DNA of 64,000 nt from the human T2T-CHM13v2.0 reference genome, Homo sapiens. Below, in pieces: positions 15,688-30,185 of this stretch (position 1 is its first letter; each line of letters begins with the position of its first letter). A model generated the notes under the pieces. The model was given only the letters and a program-made list of their open reading frames with translations. It searched no databases and was not told the DNA's origin. The DNA is taken from assembly GCF_009914755.1 (NCBI RefSeq), contig NC_060947.1; one strand, written 5' to 3'. A program made the position numbers and the translations under genes.

Positions 15688-16744
15688 AGGAAAATATTTT
15701 TATGCTCCTTTATAATTGTTAAACACCTCCCTGAAGAAATTTCCAATGTGTTGTCTCAATTGTCAACAACAATACCTGTGTATTTTTATTTAATATTACT
15801 TGGATGGTAGTTTGTCAAGGGGAACTACTTGCAGATTAGAATAGGGATGTAGGAAAGGGACCTTTGAAAACATTTGCATTACTCTTTATGGTACCATAAT
15901 CAGGGCAGCATGTGAAGTAGCCATTGGATGGTCCAACTCCCGCTTTGTGATAGCAGTGGGAAGCAGTACCCTGCCCACCATGTAAGCATATGCGTGTTGT
16001 GCAGCTGCCACGGATTTAGGTGTTCCACAATAGATTCTTCCCTCTCAGGTGCCCCAGCACTCTCATGCTTGCTATTGGCGCGGGGGCCCAGAGCATTATT
16101 ATGTTGTTTTTACTTCTGCCAGTTGTGTGACCAACAGTATATATGCGTTTTCTTTTCATAATATGAAATTGATTGTGCTAATTTCTTTCCTATAGAGCCC
16201 TCTGAGAGTTATCCCACCACAGGTCATAATATTCTGCTGATGGGAAAATAAGTTTGGCTCTGGGGAAATCTGCTTTCTTAGGCAATCTTCAGTGGTGCAA
16301 TAGAGCAAAAACTCCATAATGTTTTCACACATAAACACTTGAGGACATACAAATTAATATGGACTGGATCCTAGGCTTGTGATTTCATCAGAGTATGAGA
16401 GTTAAAGTAATCCTGTATTGTTTATACCACAATTCAAGAGGACAGTGTAAAAAATTGCATATTTTATACATTTGAAAGGTCATGGCCTAATTTCATTATG
16501 TAAAATGTGATATGTTTTCAGAGAAATATAATAGTTTTCTTATGACTCTGGCAATATTCCAAATACATATAGGTGCATGTACATTTAAAGATACAACCAG
16601 CTTGGAACTGATTAAAATCAAGGCAGGTTTTTGGGGGAGAAAACATTGACAAACAATACAACCTTATTCTTCAAGATTGAGTTTGCTATTCTAGGTTCTT
16701 TGCATTTATATATAAGTTTTAGAAGAAGTATGGCTGGATGTCTT

Positions 16745-17268
16745 AAAATATTAGGGTCCCCCAGAGAAACAGAACAAATGTGCATATATATATATATACA
16801 CACACACACACTCATATATGTATATATACACACACTATCTATCTATACACACACACACACAAACATATAGAAAGAGAGAAAAGACAAAGGAAGACTTTTA
16901 TTTTTAAGGAATTGGCTCACATGATTGTAGAGGCTACCAAGTCCAAAATCTGTGGCATCCAAAATCTGCGGGATAGGCTGGTACTCTGGAGACTCAGGGA
17001 AGAGTTTATATTGCAGATCAAGCTTGAAGACAGTCTGGGGGCAAAATTCTCTCTTCCTCAGGGGACTCCAGCCTATTTACTCCCAAGGTCTTCAACTGAT
17101 TGGATGAGGCCTGCATTACGGAGAGTAGTATGCTTTTCTCAATATCTACTGATTTAAACATTAATCTGATCTAAAAAAATAGTGTCCCAGCAACACCTAG
17201 ATTGGTATTTGATCAAATATCTAGATACCATGGCTTAGCCAACTTGACACGTAAAATTAAGTATTACA
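16745..17268 (-). mobile_element. MLT2 LTR (3' LTR of a HERV-L provirus) containing a (TA)n(CA)n microsatellite
   Basis: MLT2 signature TTTTAAGGAATTGGCTCACATGATTGT; polypurine tract (reverse complement AAAAGGTGGAC) directly adjacent at ~17270. Confidence 0.8.
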
Positions 17269-19370
17269 AGTCCACCTTTTGTCAATTTGGCACCCAAATA
17301 CATATCTTTAAACCATTCCTAATCTCCAAGTAAATATAATAATGAGGTTGTGCTTCCACCTAACAAGATACAAGTATCCTATGTAAAACCAAAAGCGCAC
17401 TAACCCTTTCCCCAGATAAGGATGCACTTGGGTGATGTTGACTCTTCTCCATGATATCCTGTAACTTAAATACTACAATGTAAAGTCAATAAATCTCATA
17501 TGATAAGGGGATAAAAGATAGAAAAAAAGCTATTTGTTTAACGTGTATATAGGCACAACCTCCATCCCTGTGCATATACACACATACATTTCATGACAAA
17601 ATAAAGAAGAAATACTCAATTGTAGTCCTTGTTTGTAAAACTGGTCACATGATCATACCTGGTATTTATAACTACCTTCTTCCACTATCCATTCCTTAAG
17701 TCCTTTCGCCCTCTGCAAGCACTTCAGCTAATTGTATTTCTTACCTGGTGGGGTGACCCAAACCTTCATTCCTAAATTCTCCCGGCCATTAGTAGTCCTA
17801 CCTGCATTACTGGGTTGTTGTTGTGTCCCATTGATCTTAATCACAAGGCATGGTAATATTAAGAGACACCCTAAGAAATCTCCTATTTTCTGGACATTCT
17901 GTTCCTTACCTCCATTGTGGAGGAGCAGTCCAGTTTCCCCCTTGGTAGTCAGGATCAATCACCTCGGCCAGCACAGAAACTCCCTTATTTGCTTGTTGAT
18001 TCAGAGACATGAGGAAACCAAAATGGCTAGTTGGCAATTTTAACTTCCAGTTCAATGGAATCATTGTGGTGTCTCCTGGTAGAAACATTCCTCCCTTTGG
18101 AACTAAGACCTCTAGGCCAGCATAGCATAAAGACATAGAAACGAGAAGCAAAAAGTTTGCTAGTGGATCACTAGGAGTAATAGTGAGTAGTGTCACTCTC
18201 ATTTCCATCCCTTGATTCCTGGACTTGTGAATCCTGGCTATGGGAGAAACAACACCACATGCTGGACACTGATTCAGAGCATATACAGCCTTGTGGAGAA
18301 CTTTGCCACAGCCTTGCAAGTATTGCCACCTAGCTGGCACTGTAACTGAGTCTTTAAAAGGGCATTCCACAGTCTTACCAAGCCAGCTACTTCAGGATGG
18401 TCAGGAACATGGTAAGACCAATAAATTTTAAGAGCATGGGCCCTTTGCCACTGCTGTAAATTGAGTTCCTTGATCAGAAGCAATGTCATATGGAATAGCA
18501 CAATGGTGGATTAAGCATTCTGTAAATTCATAGATGGTAGTTTTGACAGAGCATTACCTGCAGGGAAGGTAAATCCTTGTTCAGAGTGTCTAATACAATA
18601 AGAACAAAACATTACACTTTCCATGATGGAAGCAGTCGAATCTAATCAACCTGCTACCAGGTAGCTGGATGATCACCCTAGAGAATGGTGCTATATCCTG
18701 GACTGAATGTTGGTCTCTGCTGCTTGTAGGTTGGGCACTCAGCAGTGGCCGTGGCCAGGTTGACCTTGGTGAGTGGAAGTCCATGTTGCTGAGCCCGTGC
18801 ATAACCTGCATCCCTGCAACCATGGGCACTTTACTCATAGGCACATTGAGCAATGATGGGGTGGCTGCGGAAGGAGGCTGAGTGGTGTCCATAGAACAGA
18901 TAATCTTATCCCCTTGATTATTAAAATCCTCCTCTGCTGAGGTCACCCTTTGGTGAGCATTCACATGAGAAGCAAATATTTTCACATTTTTCACCTATTC
19001 AGAGAGGTCTATCCACATACCTCTTCCCCATACTTCCTTGTCACCAATTTTCCAATCATATTTTTTCCAAGCGCCTGACCACTCAGCTAAACCATTGTCC
19101 ACAGCCCATCAACTGGTACCTAGTCACATGTCCAGCCATTTCTCTTTCTAAGCAAAATAAGCAACCAGGTGCACTGCTTGAAGTTCTGCCCACTGGGAAG
19201 ATTTCCCTTCACCACTGCCCTTCAGAGATGTCTCAGAAAGGGACGATAATTCTGCAGCTCTTCACTTTCAGGTGGTTCCTGCATATCATGCAGAACCATC
19301 CGTAAAGCAGGGCCAAGTTTTCTCTTCCTCTGTCAACCGCCTGTGCCACTGGTCTGCACAGATCCACGAA
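17269..19370 (-). mobile_element. HERV-L internal remnant (degenerate RNase H, integrase and dUTPase)
   Basis: Minus-strand ORF pieces: HVNAHQRVTSAEEDFNNQ (RNase H), YHVPDHPEVAGLV.LWNALLKTQL (integrase), LPGDTTMIPLNWKLKLP..HFG..VIDPDYQG (dUTPase). dUTPase after integrase is the ERV-L layout. Confidence 0.9.
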
Positions 19371-19687
19371 GAGACTTGTTTCCAGATCAAAGCTGAAAGA
19401 GAAAAGAGTAAAAGAAAAGTTATAATTCAACCTGTACCAGTCACTTTTCCATGGGTTCACTCTCTGGTATAAGGCATCTGCTTCTGCTTACTTTTCAGAT
19501 TCCTCAGGTAAGTGTTTTTGTTTTTGATTTTGTTTTTTTGTTTTGTTTTGTTTATGTTTTGTTTTGTTTTTTTGGTGTTTTTTTTTTTCATTTGGTCTAG
19601 AATCTTTAGTTATAATCAGTGGGAGAGATAGGCAGTACTATGCCAACTCCATGGTGGCCAAAAGTGGAACTCCTGATTGGGTTGCTT

Positions 19688-20752
19688 TTATAGACTTTAG
19701 TTTTTAGAGCAGTTTTAGGTCCACAGTAAAATTGAACAGAAGACACAGAGATTTTCCATATGCCTCTGCCCCGACACATGCATAGCCTTCCCAATTATCA
19801 ATATCCCTCACCAGAATAGTGCATTTGTTACAATTGATGAACCTACATTGATATATCACTATCATCCAAAGCCCATAGTGTACATTAGGGTTCACTCTTG
19901 GTGTCATGCATTATATGGGTTTGGACAAATGTATAATGACATGTTTCCACCATTATAGTATCACATACAGTAGTCTCGTTGCCCTAAATAATTCCTCTGT
20001 GCGTTGTGTATTTATTCCTGCCTCCCTCCAACCCCTAGCAACCACCAATCCTTTTACTATCTTCATAGTTTTGCCTTTTCCAGAATGTCACGTCGTTGGA
20101 ATCACACAGTATGTGGTCTTTTCAGATTGGCTTTTTTTCACTTAGTAATATGCATTTAAGGTTCATCTGTGTCTTTTCATGTCCTGATAGCTTGTTTCTT
20201 TTTGGCTCTGAATAATAAATAATTGTCTGGGTGTACCACAGTGTACCCATTCACCTACAGAAAGACATATTGATTGCTTCCATGCTTTGGCAATTATTAA
20301 TAAAGCTGCTTTATACATCCATGTGCAAGTTTTTGTGTGGACATAAGTTTTAACTCATTCAGGTAAATAGCAAGGAGTGTGATTGCTGGATCATATGGTA
20401 AGAGTATGTTTAGTCTTGTGAAAAAAACAAAACAAAACAAAACCTGCCAAACTGCTTTCCAACATTGCTATACCATTTTGCATTCCCATCAACAATAAAT
20501 GGGAGTTCTTATTGCTCCACACCCACATCTTCCTCAGTATTTAATGTTGTACATGTTTTGGATTTTGGCCATTCTATGTAAAAGTATATTATTGTTGTTT
20601 TAACTTACAACCTCCTAGTGATGTTAAGTATCTTTTCATATACTTATTTGCCATTTGTATTACTTCTTTGTGAGGTGTCTCTTCAGGTTTTTGCCCATTT
20701 ATTATTGGGTTGTTCATTTTTATATTGTTGAATTTTAAGAGTTCTGTGTGTG

Positions 20753-20796
<44 letters not shown>

Positions 20797-20826
20797 TGGA
20801 GTTTTGCTCTTGTTGCCCAGGCTGGG

Positions 20827-20871
<45 letters not shown>

Positions 20872-22130
20872 AATTAATTTTAATTAAGTTTAATTAATTA
20901 AAGTCTTAATTTTAATTAAGTTCAGTTGATCAATTCTTTCTTTCATAGATCATGTCTTTGGTGTTATATCTAAAAAGTCATCACCATACCCAATGTCATA
21001 TAGATTTTCTCCTATGTTTTCTTCAGGGCGTTTTATAGTTTTTATAGTTTTTCATTTTACATTTATGTCTATGATATATTTTGAGTTAATTTTTGTGTCT
21101 GGATTCTTTTTTTTTCATATGTCAATGTAGAGTCTTTCACCACCATTTGTTGAGAAGACTATCTTTTCTCCACTATATTGCCTTTGCTCCTTTGTCAAAG
21201 ATCAGTTGACTATATTTATATGAGTCTTATTTCTGGGCTCTATATTCTGTTCTATTGCTCTACTTATCTATTCTTTCACCAGTACCATGCCATGTTGATT
21301 ACTGTAGCTTTATAGTAAGTCTTGAAGTAGAATAGTGTCAGTTCTCCAATTTTGTTCTTCTCCTTCAATATTGATTTGGATATTCATGGTGTTTTGTTTC
21401 TCCATATAAACTTTAGAATCAGTTTTTTGGTATCCACAAAATAACCTGTTGGGATTTTCATTACGATTGTGTTGAATCTATACATTAAGTTTGGAAGAAC
21501 TAACATCTTGACAATATAGACCCTTCCTATCCATAAACATAAAGTATCTCTTTATTTATTTCTTCTGTGATTTATTCTATCAGATATTTGTACTTTTTCC
21601 CATATAGATCTTGTACATATTTGGTTAGATTTATACCACTTTCACCTGTTTATTGCTGGTATATAGGACAGTGATTAAATTTTGTATATTAACCTTGTAT
21701 CCTGCAACCTTGTTACTTATTAATAGTTCCAGGATGGTTTATTGTCTATTGTTTTTCGAATTTTCTACATAGACAGTCATGTAATCTGCAAACATAGACA
21801 GTTTTATTTCTTCCTCCCCACTCTGTATACCTTTTATTTCATTTTCTTGTCTTATTGCATTAGCTTGTACTTCCAATATGATGTTGAAAATGAGTGGTGA
21901 GAGGGGACTTGCTTGCTTTTTTTCCTGATATTAGCAGGAAAGCTTCTAGTGTCTCACCATTAAGAATAATGTAAGCTGTAGGGTTTCTACAGATGTTCTT
22001 TATCAAGCTGAAGAAGTTCCCCTCTGTTTCTAGCTGTATTAGAGTTTTAATCATAAGTAGATGTTGGATTTTGTCTACACTTTTTCTGCATCTATTGATA
22101 TGATCTTGTGATTTTTCTTTAGCCTGTTTC
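19688..22130 (-). mobile_element. L1MC-like element (3' part)
   Basis: TAGACTTTAGTTTTTAGAGCAGTTTTAGG 3' end; ORF2-like peptide DKIQHLLMIKTL..EGNFFSLIKNI in ORF 21860..22135. Confidence 0.8.
20745..20925. repeat. Compound microsatellite (TG)/(TA)n/(GA)n with an Alu stub and AT-rich direct repeats
   Basis: Seen directly in the sequence. Confidence 0.85.
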
Positions 22131-23529
22131 CTCACTGTATTTTATGGAGTGTACAATTGAATTGGAAGTTATAACAAGTTGGTGGTCTGAGTGCAATAGA
22201 TTCTGCTTGGAGTTATAAGTCACTCAAATGATGATTTTATTGAAAATTAATGTGTTATTAAAAAGCGGCAGTGGAGGGCTTCACTGAAGACCAGAAATTA
22301 TGAGCAACAATTGAAACATGGAAAAAAATATATAATCTGCTACAATACTAATATCTGTAGATGTAATGAGCATGGTCATGTGACTACTGACACTCCTACT
22401 CATCTTAATAGGTACAAATCCTTGGTCTTCTAAGGCACCACAAAAAGTAACACTGGAAATGAACATTACTGAGTATTTAGTATGTGCTGGGCACACTTTA
22501 ATACCTTGATTTGTTTAATCTCCCAACAGTATCTTGTGAGGTAGATGACTCCAAAGCAAAAGACCACTTACTTGTGCTGCCTGCCTATTTTATACAGATC
22601 CCTCTGTAACATTGTCATTACCAAGGGAAGACCAGGGGTCTGAATCCTAGCTGAATCTATCATCCCTGCAGTGGTTGTTACCATTAAAAAGTCTGCACTG
22701 AAAGATCTCAGGCTTCCCTCTATTATGCCAATCACACAAATACCTTTATATCAGCAAAGAAACTCTCACAGACACTGCACAATCTTGTTTAAGTCCATCC
22801 ATCCATCTCTCCATCCAGCCATGCATGCAATCATGACTCTATCCATCTATCCATCCAAGAAATATACTTTAAGAGCTTCAATAGGCCATACTCCATTAAA
22901 AAGCCTCAGCATCATTCTATAAGGCAGATCAACGGACTCTCTAAAGGGACCTTCTTCCTAATTTTAACACTATGGTTCTCTGTGACCTCCTCCGGGCCCG
23001 AATGCCACCTTTAGGCATTGTGTGACATGTTTATCACCAGCTCATAAATAAAAGCTTGCAGTTGCATGATGCTTTTAATGCATCTATTTGGCTGCCGAAT
23101 CACTGGAATTCTCCTCACTGACCAACATCCGAGCACTAGAAAATATACAAATGATGTAAATGCCACATACCCACTTGAGTAGTGCTTCTTAACTCAATAT
23201 GCATCACACAGCAGGAAGAATAATAACTAAAGTTTTGCTTGAAAAAGTACAATTTGGGGATGAATTCTCATATGTAGGTTAAGACTTCCGTGTATTGGAC
23301 CACCATCTCTCCATCTATTCATTCATTTCCTAATATCAGTGAGTACATTTCCGTCCCTATTTATCTAGGTCTATCTTCTTTTTTGGACCTAAGCTACTAT
23401 AAATGAAAAGCAACATGTTCAACCCACCTCTTACTCTGGTGTTCAAGAGTTGTCATTTCAGCATCCGCTGAACTCAAGAGCAACTACACAAGATAACAAA
23501 ATCAGAAGAGCCAGCAATGTAATATTACA

Positions 23530-23812
23530 GTTTTTAGTTTTCATTTTATTTTTTTAATTTTCATTTTTATTTTAAGTTCTGGGGTACATGTACAGGATGT
23601 GCAGGTTCGTTACATAGGTAAACGTGTGACACGGTGGTTTGCTGCACCTATCAACCCATCACCTAGGTATTAAGCCTATGGTGATTCCTCACTGATCTAG
23701 AACCAGAAATACCATATGACCCAGCAATCCCATTACTGGGTATATACCAAAAGGAATATAAATCATTCTATTACAAAGATACATGCACGCGTATGTTCAC
23801 TGCAGCACTATT
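23530..23812 (-). mobile_element. L1PA (PA8-like) with inverted 5' segment
   Basis: Antisense 3' end to 23676 abuts a sense-oriented ORF2 fragment at 23677-23812. Confidence 0.85.
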
Positions 23813-26158
23813 ATGACTTTTTAAAAGAAATGGGGCTTCATCTCTCAGGTGAGACAGATTTAGTATAGAGTTTACTCTAAATAAATAGTTGTGCATGAGG
23901 CTCTAACTGTAATGCAAATGTCAAAATCAGCCTTGAAAGAAAGGGTAGGTAATAATTTTTAAAAGACAAATCTTGCCTCTTCATCTTTCATGATCTACCA
24001 TGTGCCTACATTCCCGCCTCATCCCAGGCGTCCCCAATGTACACATTTGGGACTTATGCCACAGTCACTGTGATCCTCTAGGGAGCAATGAGTGCTCCTG
24101 AGTACACATGTGTACACGTGTCTCTGCATGTTCAAGGACCCTTGTGACAAACACATCTATTGAGAGTCACGATTCCATGTCTGTGGGTGGCCTCCCTTGA
24201 TACATCCTGTCTTAGTTTCCACTCCTTTGTTTGTTATTCTCTGGAGTCAGATGGATTAGGCTTCAGATTCTCAGGTAACCAACTATGGATCTGAGCTGAG
24301 TGACCCAGTGCCGATAAGAAGAATGTTGCCAAAACAACAGAATCCATACCCCTTTCCAGTACCGAGGCCCTCCTCCCTCCCCCTGCCTGCTTGGATCTCA
24401 GGTGAGAATGGGAATGTGATGTGGCTAAGAGTGAGGGGATAGATATGTGGTAGAGGGTTCGAGGAGAGAGGTGAAATCTTGGGGTCCCCACAGAAGGGAC
24501 TAGGGGAGGGACCAGAGATGCCAAGAAAGCCTGCTCCTGGGCACTGAGACCCTAGGAGATGACTATGAAAGTGCAGTGGTTCTAACATGTGGTTCTATGA
24601 ATTTCCCCAGCAGTACACAGAGCTGCGAACATTTTCTGACTCTAAGCTCCAGGGCTCAGACCATGGGAAATGAGGCCTGTGTTGGCAAAGGGCAGTGGAG
24701 CCTGGAATCACTAGTGGAGGGCAGCTGCAAGCCTTGAGGAGGCCCTGCTCACCTCAGCAATAACTCTCATCAGTAACTCCACTCTGTGTGTCTCTCTTCT
24801 GGTCTTCTCTTTCTGTGCTCTGTTGTCAGGGTCAATATATAGCAGGTTAAAATTGTCCTGGGTTAAAGGAGAAGAAGAGGCAAGGATGTCCCAATCCCCT
24901 CTTCCACTGACTGATAAGACAGTGGGCAGAGGGGGAGCTGGAAGAGATGGTATGCAGAGACCACAAATTAATTCGTGCTTCTCAGACCAGACGGGGGTCT
25001 GGTGCATTTACTTGCTAAGGCTGATTTGATTTTCATTATGAGTGCATAACCTCTGTACTGGACAGTAAGGTGAGAAAATACTGGAGTTATGTCTAATCTG
25101 GTGTCAGCTGATGCTATCATGTGAATGGTCCATTTGTATAAATGCTCAGCCTGTTTTGCTGAAAATGATCAGTCTCTCAGATTTCCACCCCACCTCCCTA
25201 CTCCTTTCCAAGACGATTAATGGTGTGTATGGCTTTCGAGTCTTCATGGTGATATGGGAAGGGGCCTATGACATCTTATGTTGACTGCAGTGTCCTTAGT
25301 TGTTTATGAGGGAAGGCTCAATCTTCTCTCTCAGGTTCTGCTGACGATGCTGATTTGCTCACCCATTTCTCTGGCTGGTGTAACTTGCATTTTTGTCTCT
25401 CTCATTTTGGTCAGGATCTGGTGCTCCCTGGCTGACTCAGCCTCAGCCCACCTGTGCTGGCATCAGCAGACCCCTCTGAATCGGGGCCTCATCCTCCTTC
25501 CCACATCTGGGCAGGGCTGTCCATAGCACAGCCTCAGCTGCAGGGTCACCTAGCACCTATCTGGGTTATGCTTGCTTCATGGTAACACTCCTGGCTCTTG
25601 AATCAGCCACTTCCACATTCCCTTCTCAGAGAATGTAGCGCCCTGCAGGAACAAAGATCAGCTCCAAAAACTGAAATTCTTGAACTCCAGCCATTTCTCT
25701 AACCAAGGATCTTGCTATTTATTTCTGCAGAAGTAAACTGAGTCCTAAATTTCAGCTGGGCAAAAAATCTCTTTATTTGGGACTCCCTTCCACTTCTCTG
25801 ACACACCTGTCACATGTAAGATAAGGCCCATAGAAGAGAGACTGTGATGAGAGTCTCTTACCTCCATCTGACACTGTCTCCATGCCTTCTACACCCCCAA
25901 GGCTGGAACAGAACACTCTTTTATTTTCTTTATCTTTCATGTTGACATAAGGATTCCCATAGTAAATCCAGATCATAAAGGGAAGTCTTTAGGATTTGTA
26001 CTTTCTCTTGTAGAATTCAAATTCATTTGAAATGTTTGAAGGAAATTGACTAACAGATAAAGAAACTCAAAATGGAAGGGATTACCAAATACAAGTCAAT
26101 ACATCATCAGTAGCAGGGCAAGCTCTCTGTAAAAATAAACTTGGAGTTCAAAGGGAGT

Positions 26159-26686
26159 TGTATTAGTCAGGGTTCTCTAGAGGGACAAAACTAATAGAAT
26201 ATATATATATATATATATGTGTGTATATATATATATGTGTATGTATATATATATATGTGTATATATATATATATATATATACATACACATATATATATGA
26301 GTTTATTAAGTAGTATTAACTCACACAATCACAAGGTCCCACAATAGGCCATCTGCAAGCTAAGGAGCAAGGAAGCCAGTCCAAGTCCCAAAGCTGAAGA
26401 TCTTGGAGTCCAATGTTTGACGGCAGGAAGCATCCAGCATGGGAGAAAGGCGTAGGTTGCGAGGCTGAGACAGTCTATTCTCTTTATGTTTTTCTGCCTG
26501 CTTTATATCCTAGTCATAGTGGCAGCTGATTAGATGGTGCCCACCCAGATTGAGGGTGGTTCTGCCTTTCCCAGCCCACTGACTCAAATGTTAATCTCCT
26601 TTGGCAACACCCTCACAGACACACCCAGGATCGATATTTTGCATCCTTCAATCCAATCAAGTTGACACTCACTATTAACCGTCACA
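26159..26686 (-). mobile_element. MLT2A solo LTR (HERV-L) with internal (TA)/(TG) microsatellite
   Basis: TG...CA termini and a perfect 5-bp TSD GGAGT (26154-26158, 26687-26691). Confidence 0.9.
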
Positions 26687-27249
26687 GGAGTCATCATGCT
26701 TTAAAAGGGGCTTACAAGGTGTGGCATCAGCATTTTCAATATGTGTGTCCAGAGAGCGTCACTTAAGCAAGCTATCCCCAGCATTGTCTGATAACTTCTG
26801 AGACTACTTGAGAATCAGAGACAAACTATCCTGAAGCTTGTGGTGTGTTTGTGGAGTTACGGGGGCAAGCTCAGGTGTATGTTCATGTCTGTATTATTTC
26901 TGAAACTTTATGGAGGCCTACATGACCTTTTCATTAGCTAACATCTTCCTCTTTTTCCCTCAAATTTATTGTATATGCCATGTAAAACATCAGTAAAATA
27001 ATTTTATGATTAAGAAGAAAAACAAGGCAGGGCAAAGTATTCCTATGGCTTTACTATACATAACCAGAAATCTACAGGAGTTATTGTGGGGAACATACGC
27101 ATTGCAAAATTTCTTGCAGAGTTGAAGAGAGATTCTTCAGTCATGCCTCCACCCTGGCAAGGAAGCATAAAGTCGCAAGTGATTCTTTATTAAGTATTAA
27201 ACAGATATTTGTGTAATCTCTCGTAATAGCTATTTGGTAGTCTTATATA

Positions 27250-28500
27250 AGTTGGTAATTTAGCACTGAACCAGGGAGCAGCAGAAGACCAACCAATAAA
27301 TGAATAAATAAGTCCAGATTGCGATCAGTGTTAGGAAGCAAATACTTTAGGTGCTAGTCTACAAACTCACTACTTTAAACAGGACAGTCAGAGAAAGCTT
27401 CTCTGAGCAGAAACCCTAAGATTTATAAGGATACTGCTGTATGATGGGAAAATGGAAGAAACAACCCGGGGGAGAGTGTAGAATGAGAAGGGGAACTGGC
27501 TAAACTTCATGCCGAAAGGAAGAGCAAGCAATGGGCAATGGCTAGTGAGAAAGAGTGGAGTGACCAATATGGTTGGAGGTACACCAGGAGAGGTATTTTC
27601 ACAAATCTAAAATTTAAAATATAGCATAAAAAGAGAGAGGAGAGAAAGCAGGGAGGGAGGGAGGAGAGTAGGCTTTGAGAAGGAGGGAGGTGTCAAATGT
27701 ACTGAAGGCATTTGGACATATAGTATAAAAGGATGAGGACGTGATCATAGGGTTAGGCAATATGAAGGCCATTGGTGCCTTTAACCAAAGCATTTTTCTG
27801 TTGGGAGGTGAGCAGATAGAAGCTGCATTTAAGTGGTTTGTGATGATAATGGTTATAGAACAAGGGAAGACACATTTGCTGCTTGGAGCATCAGGGAAAT
27901 GTGTCATTACCTTGGAGAAATATGGGATAAGGAACGGGTTTCTGTTTTATTACATTTTGTATAAAATGTCAGAAACAAGAGCATGTTTGTAGATGACAGA
28001 AGAATCCAGAATAAATAAAGAATGTGACAATTCAGGAAAAAGTGATAATTACTACAAAAGCCTCTACCTTGAGAAAGTAGAGGGCATAGGATTCAGGTGA
28101 AGGGCTGGCCTCAAGTAGGATCCTGTCACTTCCTCCAGTGGGGCAGCTGAGATTACAAGTGCAGGCCCACTGCTGTTGGGAAGTGGTGAGAGTTTCTCTC
28201 CAATTGCTCCTGTTTTCTCAGGGGAATATCAAGGAATATCATGAGAAGAGTTGGTGCTAGTCCTTGTGGAGGTTATTGTAGGAAGAGGAGAGAGAAGATA
28301 CACTTGTGGAGGGTGCACATCGTTTGTCTACTTGTTTGGTGGCGGGGGGGGCGGGGGTTGCCAGGAGAGTAGGAGGAGGGAAAATGAAGAGATGCGTTTG
28401 AGGAGCGAGAGTTAATAGCTTTGAGTAAGCTGGGTAAGGAAGGTGAATGGTAAGGAATGCCGTTGGGGTCAGTGGACAGGAGGCCTCCTTGAGGCTGAAG
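27250..28500. mobile_element. Degenerate L2 fragments
   Basis: Purine-rich L2-like sequence (GAGGTGTCAAATGTACTGAAGG...). Confidence 0.45.
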
Positions 28501-28784
28501 GCTATGGATGTTGGGCCATTGGAAGGAGGGAGCTGTTAGGATTGGATTGGGTGTTGCCCATGGTGAGAGTGGGGGATGCAAGAAATGGACATCGTGGAGC
28601 AGCTTGGTCTTTCCCGAGGCCCAGGGCACGACCACAGATAGAGGAGACGTAGGTGGGCAGGAGATCCCCTGAAGATTGGAGAGGCTCTGGTCATGGCCTG
28701 GTCAGTCTAGGGGGTGCTGAGGTTACCAGGAAGGATCGGCAGAGTGAGGCCCTTAACAAACAACTCACAAAACTGTCAAAATAG

Positions 28785-29096
<312 letters not shown>

Positions 29097-29883
29097 AAGA
29101 AACCTTTGGTTGTAAGGTTTCTGGATTTTCTGGACACCTATATCCAGGATGAGAAACATTGTCACATTTCAAAATTTAAGATGGGAAGTGATTGCAGTCT
29201 GGACCTGACCTGCCAATCTGATCAGTGTCCAAAGATGCAGTAAGAAATTGGTCTGATGTGATTAACAATGAATTTGTCCACACCAGCCTCCTGTGAACCT
29301 AGCTTCCTTCTTGTCTATGAACATAGTGTTTATGTGACCTTCAGTCTCTCCCCTACAGTTGCAGTCACCCCATCCTCCTGTAAATTATACAGCCTCCTTT
29401 GATGCCACTTGTGGATATCTCACTGAGGAGTATTTACTTCATGACTTCTGAAACCAACCACAGAGTGAGTCATAATTAATCACAGAATGAGAGTACTGCC
29501 CATCTTGTTCTCAAATATTGGAGTCTATCTCCCCTCAGACCAAATCAACACTCATTATTATAGTGTCCAGGACACTATGAGTTTTGAAGCCTGGCAGACA
29601 TGCAGACATATTTTCAAAGCCTAGGGAAACTGTCTTCTCAAGACTCAATAGAAATCATAATCAATAAAATGATTCCAATACCCTCCTTGGAGAGAATCTA
29701 TGCATCTTAGTGATGTGTTTAAAGTGTCTGGCTCCCAATCACCCTTTAAGAAGGATTTCGTGAGCTATGTTCTAGGTGTAGAGGATACAACAGGTAACAA
29801 AACCGAAAGAGACTCTGACACAATAGAAGTTATCAGTAAATACATAGCATATCACAGGGCAGCAAGTGCTAGGTAGAAAGTTA

Positions 29884-30185
<302 letters not shown>

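Noticed and set aside
17269-19370. Possible domesticated HERV-L pol/dUTPase gene
   Set aside because: It is broken into several frames by stops and frameshifts, as expected for an ordinary decayed provirus.
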